From Octopus sinensis (lineage: Eukaryota), in the NCBI RefSeq assembly GCF_006345805.1, contig NW_021828181.1, forward strand, positions 1-9,012: a stretch of DNA of 9,012 nt, in the 5' to 3' direction. Of the stretch, positions 7,843 through 9,012 are shown one piece after another. The translations under genes were made by a program, and so were the position numbers. Within the stretch, counting starts at the first letter, position 1; every line of letters starts with the position of its first letter. Below the pieces are notes generated by a model, which was not told the origin of the DNA, ran no database searches, and worked only from the letters and a program-made list of their open reading frames with translations.

Positions 7843-7873
<31 letters not shown>

Positions 7874-7876
<3 letters not shown>

Positions 7877-8106
7877 AATGCGCCCTTTTAAAGCCTAGCC
7901 AGGCTCATGGGCCCGGTTTCCCGGTTTCCTGGACGGGACGCCAGTCAATCGGAGCGTTACTCATTTTTGCCAGCTGAGTGGACTGGAGCAACGTGAAATA
8001 AAGTGCTTTTGCTCAAGAAAACAACGCGTCGCCTGGTCCAGGAATCGAAACCCCAATCTTACGATCATGATGCTGACACCCTAACCACTAAACCACACGC
8101 CTCCAC
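7874..8106 (-). mobile_element. SINE family B, copy 2 (A and B boxes retained)
   Basis: Sense strand has tggtttagtgg (A box) and ggtttcgattcc (B box). The body is near-identical to 2621-2823 and includes gctccgattgactggcgtcccgtccag, which recalls a conserved V-SINE-type motif. The tail merges into (TA)n. Confidence 0.88.
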
Positions 8107-8129
8107 ACACACACGTATGTATGTATGCA

Positions 8130-8341
8130 TATGGTTTCGATGCGAATGGGTTTGTTATACAGCGCCGAGTTTTACAATCCTCTAAATAATGGTACTTATA
8201 TGTGCTTATGGCGATCACCGTGCAATGACTAAGGAAAATAGCCTAATAATGGGGCTTTCCCATAGGCCTTCCCATCCGCGTGAAACTCGAACCCACATCC
8301 CTTTGTTAACGCGACTAAGTTTGTAACCATCACACTGGGAA
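8130..8341 (-). repeat. Tandem unit 1 containing a tRNA-like segment (8269-8341)
   Basis: Aligns with 8409-8660 (gaatgg.tttgttat, ttttacaatcct, gatcaccgtg.aatgact, ctaataatggg, actcgaacccaca.ccctt..ttaacgcgacta). The minus strand has a T-arm/B-box GTGGG-TTCGAGT-TTCAC. Confidence 0.7.
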
Positions 8342-8408
8342 TTAGCCTCCCTGTTTTTCTCAAATTTAAGAACTATATTAGTTCGTAGTTGTTTTTTGTA
8401 AAAAAAAC

Positions 8409-8660
8409 TATGTGCTTCTGGTGAGAATGGTTTTGTTATGCGGTGTCGAATTTTACAATCCTATACATAATAATAAGGGTATTTATATAAGCTTAAGGCT
8501 TAATGTGATCACCGTGTAATGACTTTAAAAATAGTCTAATAATGGGAGCATATAAGCCCCCGACAGAAAAAAAAGGCTTTCCCATGCGTGTCGGACTCGA
8601 ACCCACACCCCTTTATTAACGCGACTATAAGTGTATTGCCATTATGTATACATATGACCA
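8409..8660 (-). repeat. Tandem unit 2 containing a tRNA-like segment followed by a T8 run
   Basis: The minus strand has a consensus B box GGTTCGAGTCC, then ...catgggaaagccTTTTTTTT (A8 at 8567-8574 on +). Confidence 0.7.
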
Positions 8661-8698
8661 ACGAATGGTGTGTGACTTTGGTAGAGGAAAACTGTGTT

Positions 8699-8724
8699 TG
8701 TCTATCTATCTGTCTATCTATCTG

Positions 8725-8769
<45 letters not shown>

Positions 8770-8810
8770 TGATGTACCTACATATCTGTCTACGTCTGTT
8801 TGTCTGTCTG

Positions 8811-8864
<54 letters not shown>

Positions 8865-8932
8865 GATCGATCGATCGATCTATCTACCTATCTATCGATT
8901 TATCTACATATCTGTCTACGTCTGCCTGTCTG

Positions 8933-8966
<34 letters not shown>

Positions 8967-8968
8967 GA
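8699..8968. repeat. (TCTA)n/(TCTG)n compound microsatellite
   Basis: Directly visible. It explains the YLSI ORF at 8694-8978. Confidence 0.96.
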
Positions 8969-9012
8969 TACACTTTGATCAGACTTCGTTATATAATACA
9001 CACACATATGTA

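Noticed and set aside
7820-7845. 10-bp stem atacactcat/atgagtgtat
   Set aside because: It sits in degenerate TACA/TA repeat sequence, where such stems arise readily by chance.
8269-8341. Functional canonical tRNA gene
   Set aside because: The D arm is poor, the anticodon loop lacks the conserved U33/purine-37 pattern, and extra bases follow the T arm. Reported as tRNA-like only.
1270-8660. CRISPR-like repeat-spacer array from the paired repeats
   Set aside because: The repeats are over 200 bp, diverged, only two per family, and explained as TE copies or duplications. No cas genes are present.

Overview
Eukaryotic, repeat-saturated DNA with no recognisable host gene. The very dense (TACA)n/(TA)n/(CA)n/(TCTA)n microsatellites and the SINE families recall octopus (coleoid cephalopod) genomes; that assignment is from memory, not a search. 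The only long ORF (3507-4934) is the middle of a decayed R4/Dong/Rex6-like non-LTR retrotransposon. It is cut off just before the catalytic YxDD motif and fused in frame to an antisense SINE head. Around it are four copies of one tRNA-derived SINE (family A), two of a second (family B, one nested in an A copy with an 11-bp TSD), a head fragment of a third (family C), two mariner-derived MITEs, a hAT element with an 8-bp TSD nested in the end of another hAT-like element, and a tandem pair of tRNA-like units. Almost all other ORFs in the track are microsatellite or antisense artefacts. I cannot support a complete new biological system. The best leads are the tandem tRNA-like units, a possible SINE-LINE template-switch chimera, a tail-to-tail SINE hairpin, and possible A-to-G editing scars in the RT. 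Family names A/B/C are my labels.
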